Source: Nanobdellota archaeon (GTDB lineage: Archaea; Nanobdellota; Nanobdellia; Pacearchaeales; GW2011-AR1). From it: a DNA stretch of 47,270 nucleotides. The DNA lies in NCBI GenBank assembly GCA_038045965.1, contig JBBSXD010000001.1, positions 103,474 through 150,743 on the forward strand. Reading direction: 5' to 3'. How positions within the stretch are numbered: position 1 is the stretch's first letter; every line of letters begins with the position of its first letter. Below are positions 8,545 to 17,208 of this stretch, in pieces. Under the pieces are notes generated by a model that was given only the letters and a program-made list of their open reading frames with translations, had not been told where the DNA came from and did not search any database. The position numbers and the translations under genes were made by a program.

Positions 8545-9135
8545 TTATTTCTCCTCAATTTTAGCTTCTTTAATTTTTTTCTCATCTTCATTCAATACTT
8601 CTTCATTAGCATTTTTATTTTCCACTTTCTTCTCTAATTTTGTATGATCTTTATCTTTTTCCTCTAACTTATTTTTTTCTTCTTTCTCTTTAGATTTTTT
8701 ATCTCTATTCATCTTCTCAACAATTCTTCTTTCTTTACTTTTTTTAGATAATTTCATTTTTTCTTCCAAATTTCTTAAAAAATTTTCAGGATTAAACTTA
8801 TAAATATTTATTTTTTGTTTAATTACTTCTTCAGCTATAATTTTCTTGTTTTTATTACCTATCTTTGCAATAATTCCTATATTATCTTTTCCAATTTTTT
8901 TTAGGTCTTTTAAATTATAAACCATTACAACATTCTTTCCATTTAACAAATTTCTAGTAGAACTTTGATTTTTAAAACCAATTTTAACTTTTCTTAATCT
9001 TCCAGCTCTATTAAGTCTAATTTTATTATCCCCCCCGCCTGGTCTTCTATATTTTAATTTTTTCTTTCTTCTTAATCCCAGTTTAGAATAATTATGTGCA
9101 CTTACTTGTCTGAAAATTGGTTTTAGTTTTGTCAT
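8545..9135 (-). CDS. rpl32e: 50S ribosomal protein eL32 with long K/E-rich C-terminal extension
   Basis: 196 aa. The N-terminal ~120 aa match L32e ('YRRPGGGDNKIRLNRAGRLRKVKIGFKNQSSTRNLLNGK'). The last ~70 aa are Lys/Glu-rich low complexity. Confidence 0.85.
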   Translation of the reverse strand: MTKLKPIFRQVSAHNYSKLGLRRKKKLKYRRPGGGDNKIRLNRAGRLRKVKIGFKNQSSTRNLLNGKNVVMVYNLKDLKKIGKDNIGIIAKIGNKNKKIIAEEVIKQKINIYKFNPENFLRNLEEKMKLSKKSKERRIVEKMNRDKKSKEKEEKNKLEEKDKDHTKLEKKVENKNANEEVLNEDEKKIKEAKIEEK

Positions 9136-9440
9136 TTTGAATAAATTCTAGTAATTTTTTTAATAATCTTTTTTAAAAAATTAGTATTTTTGCTTATCAT
9201 TGTAACAAAAGGATTATCTTCAAAATAGATAAAATCATCTTGGTTTATTTTATAGGTTCTGTAATTAGCATATGTTTCATTTATCTCTATAGTTGATATA
9301 TTCTTTTCATTTAATTTTACTAAGGTTTCTCTTCTACCTCTATTTAAAATAATATCCCCTAATCTAATAAGTGATAATTCTACTATTTTATTTTTTGGTA
9401 ATTCAAATTCTAATCCCAATCCAAATTTTCTCTCTAACAT
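9132..9440 (-). CDS. Hypothetical protein embedded in the ribosomal operon (between uL6 and eL32)
   Basis: 102-aa ORF. Its start overlaps the uL6 stop (TAATG at 9440) and its stop overlaps the eL32 start (ATGA at 9132-9135). The sequence is not low complexity. I recognise no family. Confidence 0.5.
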   Translation of the reverse strand: MLERKFGLGLEFELPKNKIVELSLIRLGDIILNRGRRETLVKLNEKNISTIEINETYANYRTYKINQDDFIYFEDNPFVTMISKNTNFLKKIIKKITRIYSK

Positions 9441-10006
9441 TATAAATAAGTCCTCCCAGGTTTTTCGATAATAAAAATTCCATCCTGGTAAATTCTTCTA
9501 TCAAAATTTTTTACTTTAGAACCTTTTTCTATACTAGATGCAACTATTCCAGCTTTTTCTATATCATAGCTGCTTACTATAACATCTTCTCCATTAATCT
9601 TAATATCAACATTATCTATTATTTTTATTATTCTATCTTTTTTCTCTCCCAGGAAATTTTTAATTACAAACTCTCTTTTATCTTTGTTGAAAACTACGTT
9701 CATCGGAAAATGAACATTTGACACCCTCAATTTATAATTAAACCCTTCTGTTAGACCTTTAATCATATTTTTTATATGGGCAATATAGGTAAAAAATATT
9801 TTTTTTTCTTTTTTTCTTTTAGTCTTGGAGCTTAAAACTATTTTATTTTCTTTAATCTTAATATCTATCAAATGAATAAAGCTTCTAGATATCTTTTTAT
9901 CATTGTGTTTAAATGTAAAACTCTTATCTTCTATAATGGTTTCTATGCCTTCAGGAATATCAATTTCTTGATATAATCCAATTTTATTCTTTTCATTATT
10001 ATCCAT
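9440..10006 (-). CDS. rpl6: 50S ribosomal protein uL6
   Basis: Two-domain uL6 pattern ('IAHIKNMIKGLTEGFNYKLRVSNVHFPMNV', 'EKAGIVASSIEK...DRRIYQDGIFI'). I place the start at ATG 10006 (MDNNEK...), which forms TAATG with the uS8 stop, not at the track's 10030. Confidence 0.85.
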   Translation of the reverse strand: MDNNEKNKIGLYQEIDIPEGIETIIEDKSFTFKHNDKKISRSFIHLIDIKIKENKIVLSSKTKRKKEKKIFFTYIAHIKNMIKGLTEGFNYKLRVSNVHFPMNVVFNKDKREFVIKNFLGEKKDRIIKIIDNVDIKINGEDVIVSSYDIEKAGIVASSIEKGSKVKNFDRRIYQDGIFIIEKPGRTYL

Positions 10007-10377
10007 TAGTACATATATGCAACTAAGCATCCTCCTAAACTTTCCTTTTCAGCTTTTTTATGATCCATCAACCCTTGATTTGTACTAACAATAATAAACC
10101 CAAAATTTTTAGCAGGTAAATATCTTCTAACATAATAATCAATTTTTTTTACAGGAACAGTATATCTTGGTTTAATAGCCATAATATAGTTCAAATCTTT
10201 TATTTCTACAATTAATTTTGTATTTTGAATCTCATAATCTAATAATCCATTTTCTTTAGCAAAATCCAAAATATGTTTTAATAATTTTGAGTATTTATTT
10301 ATAATTACATTTGTTTTTCTTGCTTTCTTAGCATTCATTATTTGGTTAAGTGCATCAGCAACTGTATCTTGACTCAT
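10006..10377 (-). CDS. rps8: 30S ribosomal protein uS8
   Basis: 123 aa. 'DTVADALNQIMNAKKARK' N-terminus and 'IIVSTNQGLMDHKKAEKESLGG' C-terminus. Confidence 0.9.
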   Translation of the reverse strand: MSQDTVADALNQIMNAKKARKTNVIINKYSKLLKHILDFAKENGLLDYEIQNTKLIVEIKDLNYIMAIKPRYTVPVKKIDYYVRRYLPAKNFGFIIVSTNQGLMDHKKAEKESLGGCLVAYMY

Positions 10378-10378
10378 T

Positions 10379-10609
10379 TTAACTGTATTTTTTAAATCCC
10401 AAATCCTCCGCTATTTCTCTAAAACAATGTCTACATAAATTCAGACCATAACTATTTATCATAGCTCCAAATCTACCACATCTTTCACATTTTTTCCTAG
10501 CTATTCCTGTGGTCCTATCTTTTGGTTTGTTATGTTTTATAACTTTATTTCTCATAGCAGGATTATTCTTAAATTGCTTTAACATTTTTTTCCAATCACT
10601 TGCTGTCAT
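10379..10609 (-). CDS. rps14: 30S ribosomal protein uS14 (zinc-binding type)
   Basis: 76 aa. '[25 protein letters not shown]' is the CxxC...CxxC motif. Confidence 0.85.
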   Translation of the reverse strand: MTASDWKKMLKQFKNNPAMRNKVIKHNKPKDRTTGIARKKCERCGRFGAMINSYGLNLCRHCFREIAEDLGFKKYS

Positions 10610-11126
10610 TGTATTCTATCTCCAATTTAAAATTTTTAGTTAAATAATCTATTATTTCCTCTTTGGTTACATCTTGTCTTTTAGGATATTTGCCAGTCTT
10701 TATTTTCTTAAGTTTGACACTTTTACCTTTTCTCTTAAATACAACCATAACTTCAAATCCTAAAATTCCTATATCTCTAATATATTCTAATCCTGGAATT
10801 TCTATATATTCACGAATTCCAAAACAAGCATGATTAGTTGTTATTTGTTTAGACTTTAATATATTATTAATCGCTAAGAATAATCTGTCTAATAATTCTT
10901 TTATTCTTTTTTTATCTCTAATTGTTATCTTTGCCCCAGATTTTTTTCCAGGACTAATTCCAAAAGCAGGGATTCTTTTTCTAGATTTTATAACATAAAT
11001 CTTATTGCTTCCGGCTATCATCTCAAGTAATTTTACAGATTTCTCTAATTTATCTTCAGTTCCGCCACAATGCAAAACTAATTTTTCTATTTCAATATTC
11101 CTCATATTATTAATTTTCATTTTCAA
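10596..11126 (-). CDS. rpl5: 50S ribosomal protein uL5
   Basis: 176 aa. '[10 protein letters not shown]', '[18 protein letters not shown]', '[11 protein letters not shown]' uL5 motifs. The start may be a downstream Met (MRNIEI...). Confidence 0.9.
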   Translation of the reverse strand: MKMKINNMRNIEIEKLVLHCGGTEDKLEKSVKLLEMIAGSNKIYVIKSRKRIPAFGISPGKKSGAKITIRDKKRIKELLDRLFLAINNILKSKQITTNHACFGIREYIEIPGLEYIRDIGILGFEVMVVFKRKGKSVKLKKIKTGKYPKRQDVTKEEIIDYLTKNFKLEIEYNDSK

Positions 11127-11757
11127 TCACAATAATATTTTTTATCCAAACATTTATTTTATTTCCAGTATCAATTTTAACTAATTTTTTACCATTTATA
11201 TTTAAGATTTCTAAAATCTTCCCTTTAGCTCCGCTATTTTTACCGCTAACTACAAAAGCATAACTTCCCTTTTCAATCTTAATTATCTTTTTTATTTTTT
11301 TACTATTAAAATCAAAAACTATAGAATCATTTACATTAGCTTTTTCATTAGTTATTATATTTCTTCCATCCATTAAATTTAATTGTATTTTATTTTTTCC
11401 TAAATTTTTCTTTCCAATTATTTTTAAGACTTTTAAATTAACATCATTTTTAATCTCCTCAAAAAATGTTTTCTTACCATTAAAATTACATCTATAATTT
11501 TTATCATGAATGGTTAAAACATCAAATAAACTTAAAGGATATTTTATATCTCTAATCTCCTTTCCATTTATTTTAATTTCCTTTTCATTTAAGACTTTTT
11601 TTAATTCTCTAATATTTCTAACTAATTTTAATATATCTCTAACTACAACAGATAAAGGAATGGAATTATTTTTATTATGAAGACTTACCGCTACATATTT
11701 TGTTCCTTTTCTTGGCACTGGCCAAAAATTACCCGTGTTCTTTCTATTTTTGTGCAT
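11110..11757 (-). CDS. rps4e: 30S ribosomal protein eS4
   Basis: 215 aa. 'WPVPRKGTKYV', 'PLSVVVRDILKLVRNIRELKKVL', 'KYPLSLFDVLTI' are S4e signatures. Confidence 0.9.
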   Translation of the reverse strand: MHKNRKNTGNFWPVPRKGTKYVAVSLHNKNNSIPLSVVVRDILKLVRNIRELKKVLNEKEIKINGKEIRDIKYPLSLFDVLTIHDKNYRCNFNGKKTFFEEIKNDVNLKVLKIIGKKNLGKNKIQLNLMDGRNIITNEKANVNDSIVFDFNSKKIKKIIKIEKGSYAFVVSGKNSGAKGKILEILNINGKKLVKIDTGNKINVWIKNIIVIENEN

Positions 11758-11758
11758 T

Positions 11759-12211
11759 TTATTTTTGATTTTTATTTATTTTTTTATTTGGTAAAGGTTT
11801 TGGTTTAATCTCTTTTTTTATTTCAGGAGTAGACTTTCTTTCTAAAGCTATTTTTCTTTTTTTATCGTTTAAATCTAGTTCTTTCATTTGTAGATTAGAT
11901 GGATCAAATTTAACACTTATTTTTGTTCCATCTTTTTTAGTTCTGTAAATTCCTTCAATCATCAATTTCATTTTTTTTAATATAACTTTTTCTACTTTTC
12001 CGTATTTCCCTTTAAATTCTCCCATCATTACTCTAACGATATCACCTTTTCTAGTAGGAAAATTTCTTTTTCCATATTTTTTTCTAAGATCCTTAGTTAA
12101 ATTAATACTCATCATTTTATTCCTTATATGCAATGGAGCATTATGTCTATACTTTCTTTGTTTTCTTGGTTGTTTACTACTAATCCATTTATTTGAAAAT
12201 TCTTGTTTCAT
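11759..12211 (-). CDS. rpl24: 50S ribosomal protein uL24
   Basis: 150 aa. 'SSKQPRKQRKYRHNAPLH' and KOW motif 'KGDIVRVMMGEFKGKYGKVEKV'. Confidence 0.9.
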   Translation of the reverse strand: MKQEFSNKWISSKQPRKQRKYRHNAPLHIRNKMMSINLTKDLRKKYGKRNFPTRKGDIVRVMMGEFKGKYGKVEKVILKKMKLMIEGIYRTKKDGTKISVKFDPSNLQMKELDLNDKKRKIALERKSTPEIKKEIKPKPLPNKKINKNQK

Positions 12212-12609
12212 AGAACATACCTCGCTATTTTATTTACAAAAGGAAATCTTTCTCCAGTTTCTTTCGCAATAGGTCCTTTAATTTGAGTTCCTTTAGGATT
12301 TCCTTTATCATCTTTTAATAAAACAACTGCATTATCTGTAAAAGCTACTCTTTCTCCATTTAATCTTCTATATGGTTTTTTTTGTCTTATAACAACTGCA
12401 TCAAATACTTCTCCTTTCATTTTTGGATCTCCTTTTCTCACTGATACTTTAACCCAATCCCCTATCTTTGCATATTGTTGTCTTTTTTTTCTTGTTTTAC
12501 CACCTTTAACACCAACTATTCTAACAATTCTCGCTCCACTATTATCACTAGCATTAACCAAACTTCCTATATTTAATCCTCTAGTAGCTTTAGCTGCAAA
12601 TGCTTTCAT
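12208..12609 (-). CDS. rpl14: 50S ribosomal protein uL14
   Basis: 133 aa. 'NASDNSGARIVRIVGVKG', 'AVVIRQKKPYRR.NGERVAFTDNAVVLL' are highly conserved uL14 sequence. Confidence 0.95.
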   Translation of the reverse strand: MKAFAAKATRGLNIGSLVNASDNSGARIVRIVGVKGGKTRKKRQQYAKIGDWVKVSVRKGDPKMKGEVFDAVVIRQKKPYRRLNGERVAFTDNAVVLLKDDKGNPKGTQIKGPIAKETGERFPFVNKIARYVL

Positions 12610-12950
12610 TTTTTTACCTCTAATTTATTTATTTTATTTTCATCATTAACTTTTCCAATTAAAATAAAATGAATAATCTTAGAAATAGGTCTGCATTCTT
12701 TAATTTCTACATAATCACCTATCTGAATATTATTGCTGATACAGTCAGGTAATCTAGCATGTAATTTAGTTTTTCTTTTAGCATATCTTTCATACTTCTT
12801 TACATAAATAGTTCTCTCGAATTCTATTACAACCCTCTTCGGAAATTTTTTTATGACATTTCCTTTAAAAGTTCTACCTCTTAAACTGATATTTCCATGA
12901 GTAGGGCATGCAAAATCTTTACATTCTATATTTTTTTCTTTATTTTTCAT
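12606..12950 (-). CDS. rps17: 30S ribosomal protein uS17
   Basis: 114 aa. 'CPTHGNISLRGRTFKGNVIK', 'YERYAKRKTKLHA', 'GDYVEIKECRPISK' uS17 motifs. Its start overlaps the uL22 stop directly, so no uS3/uL29 lies between. Confidence 0.9.
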   Translation of the reverse strand: MKNKEKNIECKDFACPTHGNISLRGRTFKGNVIKKFPKRVVIEFERTIYVKKYERYAKRKTKLHARLPDCISNNIQIGDYVEIKECRPISKIIHFILIGKVNDENKINKLEVKK

Positions 12951-13491
12951 CTTGTTTTGTTTCTATTGGTATTAATTTAATTTGAACATGAGCCCTTTTA
13001 TGATACCCTTTACCTAATCTTTTTATAGGTCTTGAAGCCACATTAGCCATTGAAGCCAATTTTAATTTTTCTAACTCTAATTCATTATTTATCGCATTTG
13101 CTTTTAAACTTTTTAATAATATTAAAAATTCTTTAACAGCATTTATTGGATATCTACCACTCATCATCCCTTTTCTATGAGGGATTTCTCCTTTCATAGG
13201 AACAGCAATTTTCATTTTTTTAACCTCTTCAAGTTTATTAATAGCTTCTTCAATATTCTTATTTTTAATAAATTTACATACTGCTACTGCATGTTTCAAT
13301 GAAATTTTAATATCTTTGCCATTCACAACAGCTTCATTTTTTTTAATTATTTCTTCTATTTTTTTTTCTGTATTAATTTTTTTATCTTGTTTAGTTTCTT
13401 CATTTTTTTTATTAATATATTTCACTTTTTCATTTTTCATTTTTTCTAAATTTTTAGTTCTCTCAGGTAGATTCATTGGTCTTTCAGTCAT
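12940..13491 (-). CDS. rpl22: 50S ribosomal protein uL22 with basic N-terminal extension
   Basis: 183 aa. The core starts near residue 60 ('ISLKHAVAVCKFIKNKNIEEAINKLEEV', 'IPHRKGMMSGRYPINAVKEF'). The first ~55 aa are K/E/N-rich. Confidence 0.85.
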   Translation of the reverse strand: MTERPMNLPERTKNLEKMKNEKVKYINKKNEETKQDKKINTEKKIEEIIKKNEAVVNGKDIKISLKHAVAVCKFIKNKNIEEAINKLEEVKKMKIAVPMKGEIPHRKGMMSGRYPINAVKEFLILLKSLKANAINNELELEKLKLASMANVASRPIKRLGKGYHKRAHVQIKLIPIETKQDEK

Positions 13492-13492
13492 T

Positions 13493-13915
13493 TTATTTCA
13501 CACTCTTTGATGCACTAGATCTAGTAGCTCCTATCCCAGCTAATCCGTGCTTAACTTTAATTCTTGTAGGCGAAAATTCTCCTAACCTATGCCCCAACAT
13601 CTCTTCTATTATATCCACCGGAGCAAAATTCTTTCCATTATATACGCTGATTTTCATACCAATCATATTTGGAACTATTATTAAATGTCTTAAATGAGTT
13701 CTTATCTGCTTTTTATTTTTAATTTTTTTATTACAATCTGTCAAGAACTGATGAATTTCATTATATTGTCTTAAAGCAGTTCTTTTTTCATTTGATTTAA
13801 GCAGTCTTGCAAATTCTCTTATATCTAAACCTTTTAATTCATTTAGAGATTTTCCTCTATAATTGAATTCTTTTTTAGTTATAATTTCTGAATTAATTTT
13901 TTTATCTTCTGTCAT
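13493..13915 (-). CDS. rps19: 30S ribosomal protein uS19
   Basis: 140 aa. 'IVPNMIGMKISVYNGKNFAPVDIIEEMLGHRLGEFSPTR' is the uS19 core. Confidence 0.9.
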   Translation of the reverse strand: MTEDKKINSEIITKKEFNYRGKSLNELKGLDIREFARLLKSNEKRTALRQYNEIHQFLTDCNKKIKNKKQIRTHLRHLIIVPNMIGMKISVYNGKNFAPVDIIEEMLGHRLGEFSPTRIKVKHGLAGIGATRSSASKSVK

Positions 13916-13920
13916 TTTAA

Positions 13921-14655
13921 TTATATTTTTTTCCTCCCAGTTTTTCTAGGTCTAATATGTCCTACTTTCGCACCTGGAGGAGCATTTCTCTTAGCAATTT
14001 TGCTTTTAATTCTTTTCCCTCTTCCACTACCAAATGGATGATCTACTGCATTGGATTTAACTGCGCTAATTCTGTGCCATTTTCTGCCTACAGCCTTCAT
14101 CATATGAAAATGTTTACCTGCTTTTACTAAAGGTTTTATTAATCTTCCATCTCCAGCAATTACCCCAATAACAGCTCTGCAGTTTTCATTTAATTTAATC
14201 TTTCTTTTTTTAATTTGTAACTCAATAACATTATTATCATTAGAACTAATTATTGCAGAATTTCCTCCTGTTCTGATTAGCTTACCACCTTTTCCAGGAA
14301 CTAATTCTACATTGAAAACTTTTGTTCCAACAGCTATATCCTTAAGCATTAAAATATCTCCACTCTGATTATTAACATTCTCAGGTCTTTTTCCAATATA
14401 AATTTCTTGACCCTCATAAATTCCATTTGCTGCAGGAATTATAAATTTAATTTCTTTATTTTCTAGAGAAAAATTTATCATTTGAATTTCAGCAAGCGGA
14501 GAGGTATGCCCACTAGAATTAAATAATTTAATTACTTTAGCAGCTCCATTAACATTAAGATGAGGATAAGTTATTTTATATCTATAAGCTCTTGGTCTGA
14601 CTCTAAAAGTCATACTTCCTTTTCCTCTAGCTTGTTGTGTTGTTCTTTTTCCCAT
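13921..14655 (-). CDS. rpl2: 50S ribosomal protein uL2
   Basis: 244 aa. 'GHTSPLAEI', 'VELVPGKGGKLIRTGGNSA', 'VDHPFGSGRGK', 'PGAKVGHI' uL2 motifs. Confidence 0.95.
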   Translation of the reverse strand: MGKRTTQQARGKGSMTFRVRPRAYRYKITYPHLNVNGAAKVIKLFNSSGHTSPLAEIQMINFSLENKEIKFIIPAANGIYEGQEIYIGKRPENVNNQSGDILMLKDIAVGTKVFNVELVPGKGGKLIRTGGNSAIISSNDNNVIELQIKKRKIKLNENCRAVIGVIAGDGRLIKPLVKAGKHFHMMKAVGRKWHRISAVKSNAVDHPFGSGRGKRIKSKIAKRNAPPGAKVGHIRPRKTGRKKI

Positions 14656-15032
14656 TATATTGAAGTTTCTCTTATGAAACCGGATTTATTTATAATTTCC
14701 ATTTCTCTTTTTCCATTTTCAGATTCAGTTGAATATCTATAAACTTCAGGATTTCTAATAACTAAATTTTCATTATAAACTCTTATATTATCTTGATGAA
14801 TTTTATATTCTACAATTGACCCATCCCAATCATATTCAATGAATCTATGTAATTCGTCCTCTAATCCTCTATAAACTACCCATTTAAAACTATTCTCATT
14901 TAGTAATTTAGCTCTAACTAATTTATTCTCTCTGTTAGATAAATATGAAGGAACATTTTTTCTACTATTAGGAATATCTTTGCTTAATAAATTAACTTTC
15001 CATAATTTTTTTCTTAAGCTTTTTTTTATCAT
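14655..15032 (-). CDS. Hypothetical protein embedded in the ribosomal operon (between uL23 and uL2)
   Basis: 125-aa ORF joined by TAATG overlaps at both ends (15030-15034 with the uL23 stop, 14653-14657 with the uL2 start). Basic N-terminal third, then a beta-rich region ('WVVYRGLEDELHRFIEYDWDGSIVEYKIH'). I recognise no family. Confidence 0.5.
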   Translation of the reverse strand: MIKKSLRKKLWKVNLLSKDIPNSRKNVPSYLSNRENKLVRAKLLNENSFKWVVYRGLEDELHRFIEYDWDGSIVEYKIHQDNIRVYNENLVIRNPEVYRYSTESENGKREMEIINKSGFIRETSI

Positions 15033-15268
15033 TATATCATTCCCAACCTTGTAGCTACATCTATAGCCAAGTTCTTTGCATTTAATTTAACATAAACATA
15101 TTTCTTATTATTTTTTATTAGACTATTAATACTATCAATTTTAATATCAAAATTTCTCTCTAAATCTTCTTTAATTTCTTTTTTATTCATTCTTCTATCC
15201 ACTTCAAAAACTAAAGTATTATTTAATTCTATTAATCTTACTGCTTTTTCCGAAGTTATTGTTTTCAT
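15032..15268 (-). CDS. rpl23: 50S ribosomal protein uL23
   Basis: 78 aa. 'NTLVFEVDRRMNKKEIKEDLERNFDIKIDSINSLI' is the uL23 fold signature. Operon position after uL4. Confidence 0.85.
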   Translation of the reverse strand: MKTITSEKAVRLIELNNTLVFEVDRRMNKKEIKEDLERNFDIKIDSINSLIKNNKKYVYVKLNAKNLAIDVATRLGMI

Positions 15269-16074
15269 TTTTTCTTTTCCATTTTATTCTTTTTGTTTTT
15301 TAAAATAGATTCAAGCTCTTCAATAGCTTTCTCACTAAACAAAGTTAGTCTAGCTCCTCCAGAAGCAAGATCACTTACTCTTAACTCATTGGCTTTAACA
15401 AAATCTAATCCATTAAACTCTTTATTTTCTTTTGATGAAACAACAAATAACATTCCAGCATTTTCTTTGTATTTTCTTCCTCTTCTCTTACCTACACCAC
15501 TTCTGATACTCTTTTCTTTTATAGCTACTTCATATAAATTTCCTAAAACTTTTTTTAAATTACTAAAAAATTCTTTTGTTTTTAAATTAAGAATATTATC
15601 TTCAATAATTAAAGGCAATTTAATATTTACTTTGTCAATACTGCTATATTTTTTTTCTAACTCTTTAGAATTTGAAATATAACTTAATGAACTCAATAAA
15701 GCCTTATTTAATTCCTTTTTATTTATTTTTTTAATATTTGGATATCCTTTTGGTGGATGAGCTCTTCTTCCTCCTCTAGTAGAGGGGACTATAGCTCCTT
15801 CCCATGAAAATTGTGTACCTCTTCTCCAAAATGCTTTTTTTGGGATTCTAGCTAAACCTCTTCCTCTATCAGATTTCCATGAATGTCTTTTGTGTCTGAC
15901 ATTTCCACTTGCAGATCTATTCATTCCAGCAAGATATTTATTGGAATAGGGATGTTTAAATTTTTCAGCTTCAATAACTTTACTTATAATATCAATTCTT
16001 ATTGGTTCTTCAAATAACTCTGTTTCTTTTTCTTTTATTTTATTTCCTTCTTTATTTAATATTTGTAATTTCAT
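15265..16074 (-). CDS. rpl4: 50S ribosomal protein uL4
   Basis: 269 aa. 'SASGNVRHKRHSWKSDRGRGLARIPK', 'GGRRAHPPK' uL4/L1e motifs. Confidence 0.9.
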   Translation of the reverse strand: MKLQILNKEGNKIKEKETELFEEPIRIDIISKVIEAEKFKHPYSNKYLAGMNRSASGNVRHKRHSWKSDRGRGLARIPKKAFWRRGTQFSWEGAIVPSTRGGRRAHPPKGYPNIKKINKKELNKALLSSLSYISNSKELEKKYSSIDKVNIKLPLIIEDNILNLKTKEFFSNLKKVLGNLYEVAIKEKSIRSGVGKRRGRKYKENAGMLFVVSSKENKEFNGLDFVKANELRVSDLASGGARLTLFSEKAIEELESILKNKKNKMEKKK

Positions 16075-17063
16075 CTTGTCTCAATAAATTCATAATTTTT
16101 TTTAGATTGATTTTTAGAAATTCTTACTGGAGCAGTAAAAAGTAACTGTCTTTTAGGTGGACCCATAATACTTCCATGAATTAAAGCATAATCATTTTTT
16201 ATTATACCATATCTATTAAAACCACTCTTTGGATTAATATCTTTTTCTTTAATATTTTCAATCATCAGAATTTTACCACCATTTATAGTCCTAGAGAAAT
16301 ATCCTAATTGCCCAGCTTTTGGCTGAGTAAAATCGACTCTTGCAGGATGCCAAGGTCCACCGGATCCAGCTCCCCTTACACCTTTCTCCGATTTATGAAA
16401 TCTTAATTTTAATCCAAATCTTTTTGTAGAACCTTGAAATCCTCTTCCCGTACTAACTCCTCTTATATCTATTAGTCCTTTTTTTATATTTTCATTTTTG
16501 GAAAATTCTCTAACGTTAATTTCTTTTGTTAAATTTTCTTTCACAAAATTAATTTTATCTTCTTTGCTTCCACCCAAAATAATCTCTATAATATCAGGAT
16601 TTTTTTTAATAACTGTTTTTTTGACTTGGCTATAAGCAATAATTTTTAAATCATCATAATTGTCTTTATTAAATTCTTCTATTTTTTTTATTATTAAATC
16701 TTTAGAAATAGAACTATTATTTTTAGGAATTTTTATTTTTCTTTTTATTTCTTTATCAATATTATAATTTAATATCTCATAAACCACTTTTCTATTTTTA
16801 TAAAATCTTACAGAAAGAATTTTGATTGTAGGAAATTCTACAACCGTTGCAGGAATTGTGATTTTTTGTCCTTTTGTTAAAGAAGTAGAAGAAATATCTT
16901 TTACATAAACACTAATCATCCCAACTTTATATCCAATAAATCCTAATAATCCTGTTTCTGTTTTATTTAAACTTTTAAGGTTAGCACTAGGTAAAATTTT
17001 TTCTGCCCTTTTTCTAGGCCAGAACTGCAAACTTCCATGTCTTATATGTCCTTTATGTCCCAT
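16071..17063 (-). CDS. rpl3: 50S ribosomal protein uL3
   Basis: 330 aa. 'HGSLQFWPRKRA', 'GFIGYKVGM', 'SKGRGFQG'-like 'STGRGFQGSTKRFG' and 'GSGGPWHPARV' uL3 motifs. First gene of the operon. Confidence 0.95.
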   Translation of the reverse strand: MGHKGHIRHGSLQFWPRKRAEKILPSANLKSLNKTETGLLGFIGYKVGMISVYVKDISSTSLTKGQKITIPATVVEFPTIKILSVRFYKNRKVVYEILNYNIDKEIKRKIKIPKNNSSISKDLIIKKIEEFNKDNYDDLKIIAYSQVKKTVIKKNPDIIEIILGGSKEDKINFVKENLTKEINVREFSKNENIKKGLIDIRGVSTGRGFQGSTKRFGLKLRFHKSEKGVRGAGSGGPWHPARVDFTQPKAGQLGYFSRTINGGKILMIENIKEKDINPKSGFNRYGIIKNDYALIHGSIMGPPKRQLLFTAPVRISKNQSKKNYEFIETR

Positions 17064-17208
17064 ATTATAATAAAATTAATGACAGCAAACAAGAATAATA
17101 TTCTTGAGACATTCGGTAAAAACCAAATACTATCAAAAATTTTGCTAAGATACATTTACCTTAGTAAACAACTTCTAACTACCTGGAAAATAAGCTTTAA
17201 AAACCTAT

